Origin: Candidatus Moraniibacteriota bacterium
Lineage (GTDB): Bacteria; Patescibacteriota; Minisyncoccia; Moranbacterales; UBA1568
Assembly (NCBI GenBank): GCA_037201605.1
Contig: JBBCGM010000001.1
Coordinates: 147,585-211,584 of the forward strand
Direction: 5' to 3'
Length of the DNA: 64,000 nt
Position 1 is the first letter of the stretch; every line of letters begins with the position of its first letter. Both the position numbers and the translations under genes were made by a program. The notes under the pieces are model-generated. The model had not been told where the DNA came from and did not search any database. It worked only from the letters and a program-made list of their open reading frames with translations. Shown here piece by piece: positions 52,457 through 63,146 of this stretch.

Positions 52457-53062
52457 CTACTTTTTGAGACCCGCGATAAAACGCTTGAGTTCCGGTACCT
52501 TGTTCACGACCTCCTCATAGGGGCCCTCGAGGAACTCGATGAAGAAACGGTCCAGCATATTGAGACGGTAGTGCAGTTCATCCCCATTCATCAGAACGAA
52601 GCTCACTTCTTTGCCTAATTCCGCCTCAAGGTGCGTGATGGCGTATTTGAGCTTTGTGCGGTTGGGATTATTGACGACCAGGATCATGTCTACTTTGCTT
52701 TTCGGGTAGTTCAGGAAAAGTCCGGAAATGAGTATGAGCTTTACTTCTCCGACTCCTTTCAGCTTGCGAAACACTTGGGCTTGGGCATGGATGTTGACTT
52801 TCGAAACAAGCATTTTCAGATCCTGGTAGAACGGAAAGTTCTCATTTGCCTTGTACATCTTGCGGTTGCCCCGAGTGCGCTCGGAAACGAATTTCATTTT
52901 GGCCAAGCGCTTCAACTCGCGACTGATGTCGCTTCTCGGAATGAGCGTCTTCTCGGCTACTTCGGCCACCGGGTACTCGCGATCGGCGTTGAGCAGAAAA
53001 AAGCGGAGCGTGCGAGCTTTGGCGCGGGAACCGAAGAGAGAGTCGAAAACAGCAAGTGACAT
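52457..53062 (-). CDS. winged-helix transcriptional regulator-like protein
   Basis: Start MSLAVFDSLFGSRAKARTLRFFLLN..REYPVAEVAEKTLIPRSDISRELKRLAKMKFV. Confidence 0.55.
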   Translation of the reverse strand: MSLAVFDSLFGSRAKARTLRFFLLNADREYPVAEVAEKTLIPRSDISRELKRLAKMKFVSERTRGNRKMYKANENFPFYQDLKMLVSKVNIHAQAQVFRKLKGVGEVKLILISGLFLNYPKSKVDMILVVNNPNRTKLKYAITHLEAELGKEVSFVLMNGDELHYRLNMLDRFFIEFLEGPYEEVVNKVPELKRFIAGLKK

Positions 53063-53216
53063 ACGTTCAAGCGTTAGAGGTATTACAGTCGATACGCCTT
53101 CAGTATACGGGAACCCGAGAGGGGAAGTCAAAAAAGCCTGTCAGGGCAAAAAAAGCTTTACTCTAGCTTCAAATCAGTCTTTTTCCGCTTTCATTTATGG
53201 TATACTATGCGAAGCT

Positions 53217-55454
53217 ATGGCCGAGAGGAAACCCCCTTCAAAAAACACGACTGCTCCGGTGCTTGAACGCACCGTGAGCGATATTTTGGTGGCTGAAAAC
53301 CGCTCTGCCGAACCGTTTGTAAAAACCTTCGTGCTGTCCGGGGACAATGTCACCAAGATGGACCTCGGCACCCTGGTCGGAGTGCTGGAAATTGAGGAGA
53401 AGAGCGAGGACAGCGCGTATATCGTCAACTTTCTAGCCTCCGTGGCCAAGAAAGAGTATTTCAGCAATCCGCGCCGCGGACCGATTGAAAGCTTTGAGGC
53501 AACGCTTCACAAGATCAACGTAGCGCTTACGGAACTGGTTAAGCACGGCAATATTTCCTGGCTCGGAAAACTGCATGGAGCGCTCGGCATCCTTGAAAAG
53601 AACCATTTCCATTTTTCCGTTACGGGAGAAGGCTCTATTCTTCTCTTTCGCGGCGACAGCTGCATGGAGATCAGTGAGGGACTGGCTTCCCCGGAAGCGC
53701 TGGAACATCCGCTCAAGACCTTCGTAGAAATCTCAAGTGGCCGGCTTTTCCCAGACGATACGCTCATTCTGACTTCCCCGGAGCTGCCGACCCTCTTTCC
53801 ATCTGAAATTCTTATCAAGAACCGAACGCGCTTCGGGCCAGCGGGATTCCGTCAGTTCCTCAAAACGGCTCTCGTAAACGAGCTCGACATGGCAGCCACC
53901 CTCGTCATCGATCTTTCGGAGGGAGAGGCTGTCGGGAAAACTTCCAAAGCTTCAAGCACTGCCCGCAAGCGATCTGCCGGAAAGAAACTTGCCAACGTTT
54001 TCAGCGGATATACTTTCGCTGATTCGGAACGGGATAAGGCTTCTGTCGCCGCAGAACTGGAAGCGCGCGAACAAGAGAAAGTCCATGCAGAAAAGAGTGA
54101 TTACACCGACAAAAAGACCGGCCACATTTACGTTCAAGGAGAAATACCCGTGGATATCCCGAGGGGTCGACTGTTCTGGGAAAGCTGTCTCCATTTCGGA
54201 GAAGAGATTGTGCGCTTTATTGGGAGCCTCTTCTTACGTGCCGGACGCAGTATAAAGCGTCAAAGCATGCGCTGGAGCGAAAGCGCCCTGCCAATGCTTG
54301 ATCAGGCGCGAGAAAAAGCCAGCAGTACCTTTTCACGCCCCATTGAAAAAAAATTGGCTCCTATTAGTACAACAGAAACCCCGTACCTCCCAGAACAAAC
54401 GCCTATTTCCCGGACTTTTCCCCTGCAAAAGTCGTTTGGACAGCTCAAAGGAATCACAGCAAAATTCGCTTGGCCGGATATCCCTTCCCGGTTCCGGATA
54501 TTCCGACAAGCACTCATCCATCGGATGAGAGTCCTCGCCCATTATCGATTTTTTTGGTTTTTCCTGGGAGGAATGGTACTTGTTCTCATTGTGGTTCTCT
54601 TTCTTTTCCGCGAGCCTTCCGATACGCAAGCTCAACCAGCTGCGTCAAGCGGCGACACGGAAAGCCAAGCTGAAAATCTTTCTCGAGAAACCGGTGCCAT
54701 TGCCCTTGCCAGCCCGAACACTTTGGAAACAGGCCTTACGGGAGCGCGAAACATCGTTACCCTCAATGGTCGTCTCTATCTGGTCCAGAATAGCGGGCTT
54801 GCGGATATCCAGGAAAAAGAACGCTACGCACTCCCGGAAAATGAAAAAGTTCTCTTTGCTTCAGCCATGGACGACCTCAGCCTTATCTTCCTTTACACGG
54901 AATCAGGACGTTTATTTTCCTGGAGTCCCCTGGGGAGAAACTTCATACAGAATACGCTCAGCTTGCCTGGCGGCAGCCGGGTAGCGGGTATCGGAACCTA
55001 CCTGACCTACCTCTACGTACTCGATACCAACCAGGACCAGATATATCGTTATCCACGCACTCCGGCCGGTTTTGAAAACGCCACAAACTGGCTCCGCGAC
55101 TCCGTCGATCTTTCCGATGAAAGCCTCTTCGAAGTAAACGAGAGTATCGTGCTCGCCTCTAAACCGGAAAGTCTTGAGGGCTTTTTTCAGGGTAAGAAAC
55201 AAGTGTCATTCGAACTCCCACAAGAGCCCCTGCATCTCTCGGGACTGTTTACAGAACCGGAACAGACCGAGGTGTACGGCCTGGACCGCGAAGCGGGTCG
55301 GGTACTCCTCTGGAATACGGACGGCAAACTCTTGCATCAGTATTTTCATCCATCTCTCAAGGAAGCTGCTGCTTTCGGTGTCGATACCGGAAACCGAAGG
55401 ATCATTGTTGCAAGTGACAACGGAACCGTTTCTGCCTTTCCGTTTGAAAAATAA
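53217..55454 (+). CDS. large hypothetical protein (745 aa): cytoplasmic N-domain, one TM helix, beta-rich C-terminal domain
   Basis: ATG 53217 follows tatggtatact. TM HYRFFWFFLGGMVLVLIVVLFLF. The N-domain may be PP2C/SpoIIE-like (weak impression only). The upstream 122 codons in the track are antisense to 52457..53062. Confidence 0.6.
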   Translation: MAERKPPSKNTTAPVLERTVSDILVAENRSAEPFVKTFVLSGDNVTKMDLGTLVGVLEIEEKSEDSAYIVNFLASVAKKEYFSNPRRGPIESFEATLHKINVALTELVKHGNISWLGKLHGALGILEKNHFHFSVTGEGSILLFRGDSCMEISEGLASPEALEHPLKTFVEISSGRLFPDDTLILTSPELPTLFPSEILIKNRTRFGPAGFRQFLKTALVNELDMAATLVIDLSEGEAVGKTSKASSTARKRSAGKKLANVFSGYTFADSERDKASVAAELEAREQEKVHAEKSDYTDKKTGHIYVQGEIPVDIPRGRLFWESCLHFGEEIVRFIGSLFLRAGRSIKRQSMRWSESALPMLDQAREKASSTFSRPIEKKLAPISTTETPYLPEQTPISRTFPLQKSFGQLKGITAKFAWPDIPSRFRIFRQALIHRMRVLAHYRFFWFFLGGMVLVLIVVLFLFREPSDTQAQPAASSGDTESQAENLSRETGAIALASPNTLETGLTGARNIVTLNGRLYLVQNSGLADIQEKERYALPENEKVLFASAMDDLSLIFLYTESGRLFSWSPLGRNFIQNTLSLPGGSRVAGIGTYLTYLYVLDTNQDQIYRYPRTPAGFENATNWLRDSVDLSDESLFEVNESIVLASKPESLEGFFQGKKQVSFELPQEPLHLSGLFTEPEQTEVYGLDREAGRVLLWNTDGKLLHQYFHPSLKEAAAFGVDTGNRRIIVASDNGTVSAFPFEK

Positions 55455-55465
55455 TACCTTCGGCC

Positions 55466-57958
55466 TTAGACTTGAGCACCTTCCTGGATACGCAGGCGGG
55501 TCAGAATTTCTTTACCTACCAGATCTGCATCCCGGCCGTAACGCAAACGGGAGAGTTCTTTGAGCGCGTTGGCAATCTCGCGGTTGCCGCTTGTCGGCGG
55601 ATAGGTCTTCATGTTAAAGGGTTTGGTCAGTTCGCCGGAGAGCAAAAGACGTACAAAGCATTGATAATTGTCGACGTTCACCAGGTCCTGAGCACGAAAA
55701 ACAGGTGCGAACTGCTTTTCCAAAAATTCGGCATCTTCCGGACCCACGCGAAAAGAGAGGAGGGATCCGACATTTCCGAACACGGCTTTGGAGATTTCTT
55801 CCTGGAGCTGACCGATAAACTGGTGAGCCAAAATGAGTACCAGGCGATACTTACGCGCCTCCGAGAGAATTTGCGCAATAGACGAGGTCGTCACATTCTG
55901 GAATTCATCCAAGTACAGATAAAAATCCTGACGCTCGTCTTCCGCTATGTCTACGCGCGACAAGCCTGCCATCAGGATCTTGCCCACGATGATCATGCCG
56001 AGCAGCCGCGCATTGATCTCGCCGATGCGGCCCTTGGAGAGATTAACCAAAAGAATCTTCTTCTGATCCATAATCTCGCGGAAATTGAGCGCGCTTTGCT
56101 GCTGGCCGATAATCGGGCGCATGAGGTCGTTTGAGATAAACGTCGTAAGCTTCGAAGTAATATACGGCACCATATTGGCGAGCGCTGCTTCCCCACCCGC
56201 CTTTTCGGCCTCTTTGAGCCAGAAGTCGCGTACCACCGGGTTTTTACAGCGGGAAAGCTTGAGGCGCCGGAAATCCTCGTCAGCTAAGACCTTGGGAATT
56301 TCCATAAGCGTCGAGCCGCTTGCCGGATCCTCCATAATGAGGAGCATGGCGTTACGCATGTACTGCTCGAACATCGGCCCTCCGGCCGTCTTCATGTCGT
56401 AGAGCTGGTCGAAAATGCCGATCATCTCATTGATCACGAATGTCTTCTGTTCCGGATGAGCCGGATCGAATTCGAGCATATTGAGCCCCAAGGGTCGTGC
56501 CACATCGGCCGGATCGAAAACAATCACGTCTTCGGCCCGTTCGCGCGGAATTGCCCCCAGGATGTCCTCGATGGCGTCTCCGTGCGGATCGAGAAAGCAA
56601 AAGCCCTTGCCGTTCTGGGCGTCCTTCTTGGCCATTTCCTGAAGAAAGTTCGATTTGCCCACTCCGGTCTGTCCGATCACGTACATATGGCGGCGGCGAT
56701 CGGTATCGGGGATGCGGATATCCGTTTTGGTACCGCGGTAATCGTTATAGCCTAAGAGCATGCCCTCGGCGGGAATATTGACCGGGGGCGGGGCGGCGCC
56801 GGCTTTGAGCCACTTGATTTTTGGCGTCGTCGTTGTCGAAATAGGGAAGTGGAAGAGACTGGCAAGTTCCTCCGTATTCAGAAGAAATGAATGCTCTTCG
56901 TCGACGTTACGGAAAATATACTGGTAGGCCGTCTCACGGCTTTTGGTGCGTTTGCGGACCCGGAAACGGTTGCCGCCGAAATTCTCGAACTGGCCGAAAG
57001 CATTTTCTAATTGCCCCAGAATCTGCTCAGCACGCATCTGACTCTCAGCCGAAGCCAAAAGCCGCAGATTCACTCGAAAGGCCGCTTTGTTCGTCTTGGT
57101 ATCAATCGCCTTGATGAGTTCCTCATCCTGAGGAGTCAGTACCACCGGTTTTTTCTCTGCTTCTTCTTTCTTGCGGGTCGCCGTAGGATCAAAAAGATTG
57201 ACTACTCCCTGGCCCACCTCTTTTCCTAATCCCAGGGCCGGCTTGCTTTTGCGTAAATCACCGAGGCTTTTCCCTTCTTGGAGGTGCTTGGTAATTTTGT
57301 GGCCCTCGGCGCGCCAAGCATTGCCCGCTGGCGAGAGTACGAACTGGATCACCGCGCCCTCACTTTCCGATTGGAGCTTGCTTAGGGCGTTTGAAATCTC
57401 ATTGAGAGGATCAGAGGGAAGAGATTGATAAGTCTTAAGCGGGAGCGCGTGCGTATGGGAGAGCTCAAGCTCAGCCACCGCTACAGCACTCTGGGGACGG
57501 AAAATCGTATAATCCGGTACCCGTTCCAAAACGGCATCTGGGAAGAAACTGTGCACTTGCTTTTCTACACTCTCCCGGAAGAGACGGGGAACAGCCAGAT
57601 AGAAGAAGATTTCCTCGCTCGTCGAGGGATTGGCCATTTCAAAAATAACCGAGGGAGGCTGGTAGAAAAAACGTCCCAGGAAACTCTGCGGATGCTTGAG
57701 ACTGGTAAAAGAAGAGAGAAGCTGTTCCATAACGGCCACTTCTTCGCGCCAGGCTTCCGGTCCGGGCGCCGCATCTCCCGGTCCAGGCGTTTTTCGGGCC
57801 ACCTGCACCACTTCCAGATCCAGAGAAAGCGACTGGCTGACTTCGCGCCGGAAGCGCAAAAAGCTGCGCACGATAAGCAAGGCGCCACTCCCAAGCATTA
57901 TCAGTGCCAAAAAGACACTGAGCGGTACGAAAATCAGATTGAAGTCAAACCCCTGCAT
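55466..57958 (-). CDS. membrane-anchored VirD4/TraG/TraD-like (HerA/FtsK-superfamily) ATPase
   Basis: N-terminal TM. Walker A YVIGQTGVGKSNF, Walker B FYLYLDEFQN, and ARKYRLVLILAHQFIGQL. Confidence 0.75.
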   Translation of the reverse strand: MQGFDFNLIFVPLSVFLALIMLGSGALLIVRSFLRFRREVSQSLSLDLEVVQVARKTPGPGDAAPGPEAWREEVAVMEQLLSSFTSLKHPQSFLGRFFYQPPSVIFEMANPSTSEEIFFYLAVPRLFRESVEKQVHSFFPDAVLERVPDYTIFRPQSAVAVAELELSHTHALPLKTYQSLPSDPLNEISNALSKLQSESEGAVIQFVLSPAGNAWRAEGHKITKHLQEGKSLGDLRKSKPALGLGKEVGQGVVNLFDPTATRKKEEAEKKPVVLTPQDEELIKAIDTKTNKAAFRVNLRLLASAESQMRAEQILGQLENAFGQFENFGGNRFRVRKRTKSRETAYQYIFRNVDEEHSFLLNTEELASLFHFPISTTTTPKIKWLKAGAAPPPVNIPAEGMLLGYNDYRGTKTDIRIPDTDRRRHMYVIGQTGVGKSNFLQEMAKKDAQNGKGFCFLDPHGDAIEDILGAIPRERAEDVIVFDPADVARPLGLNMLEFDPAHPEQKTFVINEMIGIFDQLYDMKTAGGPMFEQYMRNAMLLIMEDPASGSTLMEIPKVLADEDFRRLKLSRCKNPVVRDFWLKEAEKAGGEAALANMVPYITSKLTTFISNDLMRPIIGQQQSALNFREIMDQKKILLVNLSKGRIGEINARLLGMIIVGKILMAGLSRVDIAEDERQDFYLYLDEFQNVTTSSIAQILSEARKYRLVLILAHQFIGQLQEEISKAVFGNVGSLLSFRVGPEDAEFLEKQFAPVFRAQDLVNVDNYQCFVRLLLSGELTKPFNMKTYPPTSGNREIANALKELSRLRYGRDADLVGKEILTRLRIQEGAQV

Positions 57959-57979
57959 GTTCCCTCCTTCAAAAAATCC

Positions 57980-58393
57980 TTACACTCCCTGTTGTCCCTG
58001 ATCTAAAACGGCATGCAGCTTCTCTGCCAGCTCGTCATGCATCAGATCCAAAGCATAGAAATCGCTGAGCGACCGAGCAACCGACACGGCATGAGGCACG
58101 CCTTTAGCTTCGGCGAGGCTGACCAAATGCTCGATGCGCTGCCCTTCATCCAGGCTGGCAGCCGTTTTGGCATCATCAGAGACCGTTTGACCGGCAGCGG
58201 CCGGCGGCAGGGATTGGATACGGTCCAGGAGCTTCCCAAAATCCCGTTTTTCAGAGACTGCTTCGGCTCCTTTCTCCGGAGCCTGAGCCGGATTGTTTTC
58301 AAATGAGAACTCCGGCTGAGGAGACGTTTCGGGTGATTTAAGTTCCGGAGAAGCGCTCTCGGGAGATGAAGCTGCTGCGTATTCTTCAGCCAT
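57980..58393 (-). CDS. hypothetical acidic protein (137 aa)
   Basis: Start MAEEYAAASSPES (CAT at 58391-58393), immediately upstream of the ATPase gene. Confidence 0.5.
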   Translation of the reverse strand: MAEEYAAASSPESASPELKSPETSPQPEFSFENNPAQAPEKGAEAVSEKRDFGKLLDRIQSLPPAAAGQTVSDDAKTAASLDEGQRIEHLVSLAEAKGVPHAVSVARSLSDFYALDLMHDELAEKLHAVLDQGQQGV

Positions 58394-58403
58394 AAAGGAT
58401 ATG

Positions 58404-58724
58404 TTACTCGTGGGCAAGGCTTTCTTTGAGGTCTGCACGGAAACGCGCGGCCGTATCGCGGATAAAGACATTGTAGCCCGGAATGCGGTTTTCCAGAAAG
58501 GCGTCGATTTCCGACTGGGAAGCCTGGTGCTCCAGAAGTGCTTCGTACTCACGGGCACCGACTTCTCCGAGCTTATCCATCGTCTCTACGAAAAGATGCT
58601 TAAGAAGCGTTTCCGCCATCTTGTCGGCAAGTTCCTCCACCTTGTCCCCCGGTACGCCTTCAAGTGCGAACTCTTTTACAAAGGCTTCTTTTACTTTTTC
58701 AATATCGAGTACTTCTTGGTCCAT
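58404..58724 (-). CDS. hypothetical small acidic helical protein (106 aa)
   Basis: Intact ORF 10 nt upstream of the next gene in the same operon. Confidence 0.5.
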   Translation of the reverse strand: MDQEVLDIEKVKEAFVKEFALEGVPGDKVEELADKMAETLLKHLFVETMDKLGEVGAREYEALLEHQASQSEIDAFLENRIPGYNVFIRDTAARFRADLKESLAHE

Positions 58725-58742
58725 AACGTTAATAGTGAATGA

Positions 58743-61454
58743 TTAGAAAGAGAGCTTGAAGCTCGGATTTTTCAGTCGTTCGCGAAGCATCAGAGTGGCT
58801 ATGCGCTCAAAATAATGACGCAAGCCTTCTTTGGGCTGGACTGCGCCAGCTGCTCCAAACTTCTCGCTTGCGTACCGGGTAAGCCTGGAGACATTTGCCA
58901 TCTGCTTGATGTCGAGCGGATTCAGACGCGCACTGTAATTATACTTCGGATTCTCCGCTAGATGATTGTAGTGATTAAGCACCCTCTCAACGGAAACATT
59001 GTCGAGAGTATGACTCTCTATCAAAGGACTAAAGGCTTTAAACTGCTCATCGGTCATTTCATCTATTAAGAAGACTTCGTTGGCAAGGCCAGAAACGGCA
59101 GGATACAGCCTGCTCTTTAATTCAGGATACTCAGCCAGAAAAGCTTTCGGATCGCTCTCGGCCACGCTGTAGGAGTTCTCCGCTAGGGCCAGTTTCTCAG
59201 CAGGTACGATAGGTGTGGCAGAGGGCGTCGGCTCCACAAGCGGCGCTTTGGCGCTGACTTCGGTCGCTTTTTTCAAGACCTCATCGTGCGGATGAAGGGG
59301 ACCTGCTTCATGAGCGGAGGCGGCATGTTCTGCTGCCGGCTGTGCCGCATGAGAGAGGCTCTCGGAGACCGCAGCCATCTTGCCCTCCATAACGTCTTGC
59401 ACCTCTTGCCCGGAAAGAAGATTCTCTAAATGCAGGGTATCGCCCGGATGAATCGTATTAATATCGCCGCTTGGAAAACCGGCTGTTTCCCAGCCTGCCG
59501 CATCCATCGTTTCCAGCTTCTTCTGGATAATAGTCTCGAGAGCCATGATAGCGCGGTTCTTCTCCGCGACCGGCATATCAGCGGGCAAACGATTCTCCAA
59601 GATACCCCAGAGACCCTTATTGGCATCCTCCGTGGTGACCACCGCTTCTGTCGCGACTTTGGCAAGACTGTCAGATGCAAGAGCTTCATGCGTTCCTGTA
59701 ACAGCCGTTTCGGTTGCGTGACTTTCGACTGTGCCCGTCAATGCTTCCTGAAGGACAGTTTCTGGAAGCACAGGAGGAGAAACTTCGGGCCCAGCAGCCG
59801 CCTCGACCGCAGAGACTACACCGTCCCCTTCGGGAACCGGCGTTTCGGGCGCTCCTTCACTTACAGGAACCTCCGGACTGTCATGCAAGAAGTCGGCAAT
59901 GTAGGCTCCGCCGCCAAACAATGCTCCTAGAGCACCGGAGGCAAGCCATTTGCGGTACGTATGTTTCTTGTGTTCTTTAAAACGCTGATCAACACTTTCA
60001 GCATTCTGATCCAAAAGAGCTTGGAGCTTGGCAAGACGCTCCCTATCCAATACAAAATTCTCAGAAGCTGCTTCGGAAGAATTGAGACTCTGTATATCAC
60101 TTTCCACAGACTGACTGATACGTTTCTCTTCACGTTTGTTTCCTACCAGATCAGTAATGCCCTCCGCCGTGACAGCTAAAGCCGCCCCCGAGACGAGACG
60201 CCGAGCCAACAGGAGTCCGCCGCCAGCAGCCGCGCCAGCAGCGCCCGCCGCGCTGAGCACAGCAGCGCCGGCAATCGTAGCACCAATAATACCCCACTTA
60301 TACTTCTTCGGAAGCGCATTATAGCGCCGACCAAGGCTTTTGGCTCCTTCGTACACTTTCCCTAAAATGCTTTGCTTTTCAATCCGCAAGTCAGCATACG
60401 CTTGGCGGAGCGAGAGCTGTTCATCCATGCGGGCAAAGCGCAGCAATCCCTCCACTCGACTTTCGAGCTCCTCGTTGCTCACATTTTCTTTTTTGAGCGC
60501 ATCGAGCTCGGAGGATTGGAACGCCTTCACAGCCTGTTCGTAATTCTCCCGATACTGGGTAAGTTCCGGATCTTCGTCGAGCGAATCCAGCTTGCCCAAA
60601 ACTAGTTGAAGACTCTTCATTTTGGTCGTCTTCTCATAGTCGTGCTGCACGTACGCAAGACGCGCCTGCTCAAGCTGCTGTCGTAGCTGCTCGGTTTTGC
60701 TCATCTCCGGCCTCGGCAAAGGAACGAGTTCAGAGCCCATAGGAATTTCTTCCCTCTCGGTCTCTTCCGCCTCTCCTTTCTTTTCAGGTTGGTCGGGTTC
60801 TTGTCCTCGACCCTCTTCTCTACCCTGATTTTTAGCAATGGTATGACGCACTCTATTAGAGCCTGATTTTGACTGAGACTGCTCTATCTTTTCAGTTTCC
60901 TGCTCAGCAGCCGAAGAAGAGGACTCTTCCGAATTTTCCTCCTGAGGCGGAGCGGGAGGCGCTTCAGGAATTTCAAAGGTAGGAGTGGGAGAAATATTTG
61001 AAGGCTCCTCAGACGAGGCTTGCATATCTTCGGTGAGAAGGAGCTCCGGCTCTGGAGAAGGCTCAAGAGGAGCAGGATTGGCTTTAAGCGTGCGTTTCAC
61101 ACGCTCGAAATTCTCGGCCACATTGTCCAGAGATGGAGGAGCCTGGGGTTTTTCAGTAGACTGCTCTGAGATATCAGCAGGAGCAGCTTCTAGCACTTTA
61201 TACGGAGCGAGGTCAAGCTCCTCTGATGGGGATGCGTCTAGAAAAGTGATTTTCCCTTCGGGATTATCAGCTTTTTCTTCCGGCATTGGCGGAATCTCTC
61301 GGATATCTAGAATCCTTGCCTCCGGCTTTTCTTGTGATTGATTTCCTCTACCGAAAATACGCTTAAAAAACCCCTCTCCTTTTTGGGCCTCCTCAGCTTT
61401 GCGGTTAGCATTCCATCTTTCCTGAGATCTTTTCCACTCTTGACCGTCAATCAT
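58743..61454 (-). CDS. large hypothetical protein (903 aa): acidic/Pro-rich N-region, coiled coil, Gly/Ala-rich TM segments, C-terminal globular domain
   Basis: Intact ORF. TM-like KWGIIGATIAGAAVLSAAGAAGAAAGGGLLLA and WLASGALGALFGGGAYIADFL. Confidence 0.6.
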   Translation of the reverse strand: MIDGQEWKRSQERWNANRKAEEAQKGEGFFKRIFGRGNQSQEKPEARILDIREIPPMPEEKADNPEGKITFLDASPSEELDLAPYKVLEAAPADISEQSTEKPQAPPSLDNVAENFERVKRTLKANPAPLEPSPEPELLLTEDMQASSEEPSNISPTPTFEIPEAPPAPPQEENSEESSSSAAEQETEKIEQSQSKSGSNRVRHTIAKNQGREEGRGQEPDQPEKKGEAEETEREEIPMGSELVPLPRPEMSKTEQLRQQLEQARLAYVQHDYEKTTKMKSLQLVLGKLDSLDEDPELTQYRENYEQAVKAFQSSELDALKKENVSNEELESRVEGLLRFARMDEQLSLRQAYADLRIEKQSILGKVYEGAKSLGRRYNALPKKYKWGIIGATIAGAAVLSAAGAAGAAAGGGLLLARRLVSGAALAVTAEGITDLVGNKREEKRISQSVESDIQSLNSSEAASENFVLDRERLAKLQALLDQNAESVDQRFKEHKKHTYRKWLASGALGALFGGGAYIADFLHDSPEVPVSEGAPETPVPEGDGVVSAVEAAAGPEVSPPVLPETVLQEALTGTVESHATETAVTGTHEALASDSLAKVATEAVVTTEDANKGLWGILENRLPADMPVAEKNRAIMALETIIQKKLETMDAAGWETAGFPSGDINTIHPGDTLHLENLLSGQEVQDVMEGKMAAVSESLSHAAQPAAEHAASAHEAGPLHPHDEVLKKATEVSAKAPLVEPTPSATPIVPAEKLALAENSYSVAESDPKAFLAEYPELKSRLYPAVSGLANEVFLIDEMTDEQFKAFSPLIESHTLDNVSVERVLNHYNHLAENPKYNYSARLNPLDIKQMANVSRLTRYASEKFGAAGAVQPKEGLRHYFERIATLMLRERLKNPSFKLSF

Positions 61455-61538
61455 ATCGTGTCTGTTTCTGTTTCAGCTCATTTCTGGTATAATACTAGCA
61501 CAGGCCAAAAGAAAACAAAAAACATTTCTCATAAAAAT

Positions 61539-63131
61539 ATGCTGACGCGCTATCGTCTTTTCGCAGGTATCCTTCTGGCGACGATTTTGCTCCTGGCTTT
61601 ATTCTTACGAAGCGCTGATTTAGCGCATCTTCCTTCCGGACTCTACCCCGATGAGGCAGTAAATGGCATTGACGCCCTGAATGCCATCGAATCTTCGCAC
61701 TACGCGATCTTTTATCCCAATAACTACGGACGCGAGGGGCTCTTCATCAACCTCCAGGCGCTTGCGCTCAAGCTTTTTGGGACCAATATCGTTGCGCTCA
61801 AGCTTTTCTCCGTTTTCTTCGGTACGCTTGCCGTGCTCGGCACCTATCTCCTGGCCAAAGAACTGCTGCATCGGCGCTCAAGCGCCCTCATTGCTGCCTT
61901 TCTCATCGCGACGTCGTATTGGGCCATTAACTTTTCGCGCATCGGCTTCCGGGCTATCATGCTGCCCTTCATTTTCTCGTTTACCTTTTACTTCTTTTTC
62001 CGCGGCCTGCGCAAAGGCGGCTATGCAAGCTTCATCCTGAGCGGGCTTTTCTTCGGGCTCGGACTCAATACGTACATTTCCTGGCGCATCGCTCCGCTCA
62101 TTCTGGTACTCCTCGTGCCCTTTCTCATGCTGAGCTATCAGAACTTCATCCGCCGCTTTTGGAAGCAGGCTCTTGTATTCCTGCTGGCTGCTGTTATTAC
62201 CGCAGGTCCCATCCTCTTCCACTTTTTTGTCAGCCACCCAGAGGATTTCGCTTCGCGTACCGGTGCCGTGTCGGTATTTTCACCAGAAGTGAACCAGGGG
62301 CAGCTCGGCCTGACCCTCGCCAAGACTGTCGGACTCTCGCTCGTCAAATATAACTTCTGGGGAGACCAGAACTGGCGGCATAATTATCCCCCCTACCCCG
62401 TACTTGATCCGTTTTCCGGCATCCTCTTTCTGGGAGGCTTTCTCTTCCTCATCTTTCAGACCGTTACTTTATTGTGGCGGCGTATCGCCCACAAAGACCG
62501 GGATACCCGACTCGTACGCGATGCGTTCCTGCTTATTGCGTTTTTCGCCATGCTCATCCCGGAATTCCTGACTGCCGAAGGGTTACCTCATGCGCTCCGC
62601 GCCATTGGTACCCAGGTACCGGTCTTTATCATTGCTGCCCTTTCGGCCGCCTGGCTCGCCAAGCGGGCCCTTCAATCGCAATCGAGAAAGCGCCTCGTGC
62701 TGCTGGGTATCCTGGGAATATTCCTGTTTGCCAGCGCTTCAATCAATATCGTTAAGTATTTCGTTTTTTTCCGCCTCAATCCGGCCCAAGCCAGCGCCTT
62801 TAACGAGAACTACACCCTCATGTCGCGCTATCTTCTTTCCCTGCCTCCGGAAACCCATAAATACGTTTACGCAAACGCCGGAGGTACTACTATCAACAAC
62901 GGATTGCCGGTCACGGCACAACCTATCGTTTTCCTCACTCATAACCGCATCGAAAATCTGGAATTTCTGAATCCGGACACCAAGGTTCAGATGCCCGCAG
63001 TAATTATCCTGCAGCGGCACGATGAAGCACTCATGGAACGCATAAAGAAAAAGAAGCCGGGAGCCATATTCGAGACTATCGATCTCGATCCGGGTTCTGG
63101 TACCAATTTTACCGTTATTACTCTCCCTTAA
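61539..63131 (+). CDS. GT-C fold glycosyltransferase (GT39/GT83, ArnT/PMT-like)
   Basis: Start MLTRYRLFAGILLATILLLALFLR...LYPDEAVNGIDA. More than 10 TM helices. Confidence 0.7.
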   Translation: MLTRYRLFAGILLATILLLALFLRSADLAHLPSGLYPDEAVNGIDALNAIESSHYAIFYPNNYGREGLFINLQALALKLFGTNIVALKLFSVFFGTLAVLGTYLLAKELLHRRSSALIAAFLIATSYWAINFSRIGFRAIMLPFIFSFTFYFFFRGLRKGGYASFILSGLFFGLGLNTYISWRIAPLILVLLVPFLMLSYQNFIRRFWKQALVFLLAAVITAGPILFHFFVSHPEDFASRTGAVSVFSPEVNQGQLGLTLAKTVGLSLVKYNFWGDQNWRHNYPPYPVLDPFSGILFLGGFLFLIFQTVTLLWRRIAHKDRDTRLVRDAFLLIAFFAMLIPEFLTAEGLPHALRAIGTQVPVFIIAALSAAWLAKRALQSQSRKRLVLLGILGIFLFASASINIVKYFVFFRLNPAQASAFNENYTLMSRYLLSLPPETHKYVYANAGGTTINNGLPVTAQPIVFLTHNRIENLEFLNPDTKVQMPAVIILQRHDEALMERIKKKKPGAIFETIDLDPGSGTNFTVITLP

Positions 63132-63146
63132 TACACGAACAAATCT

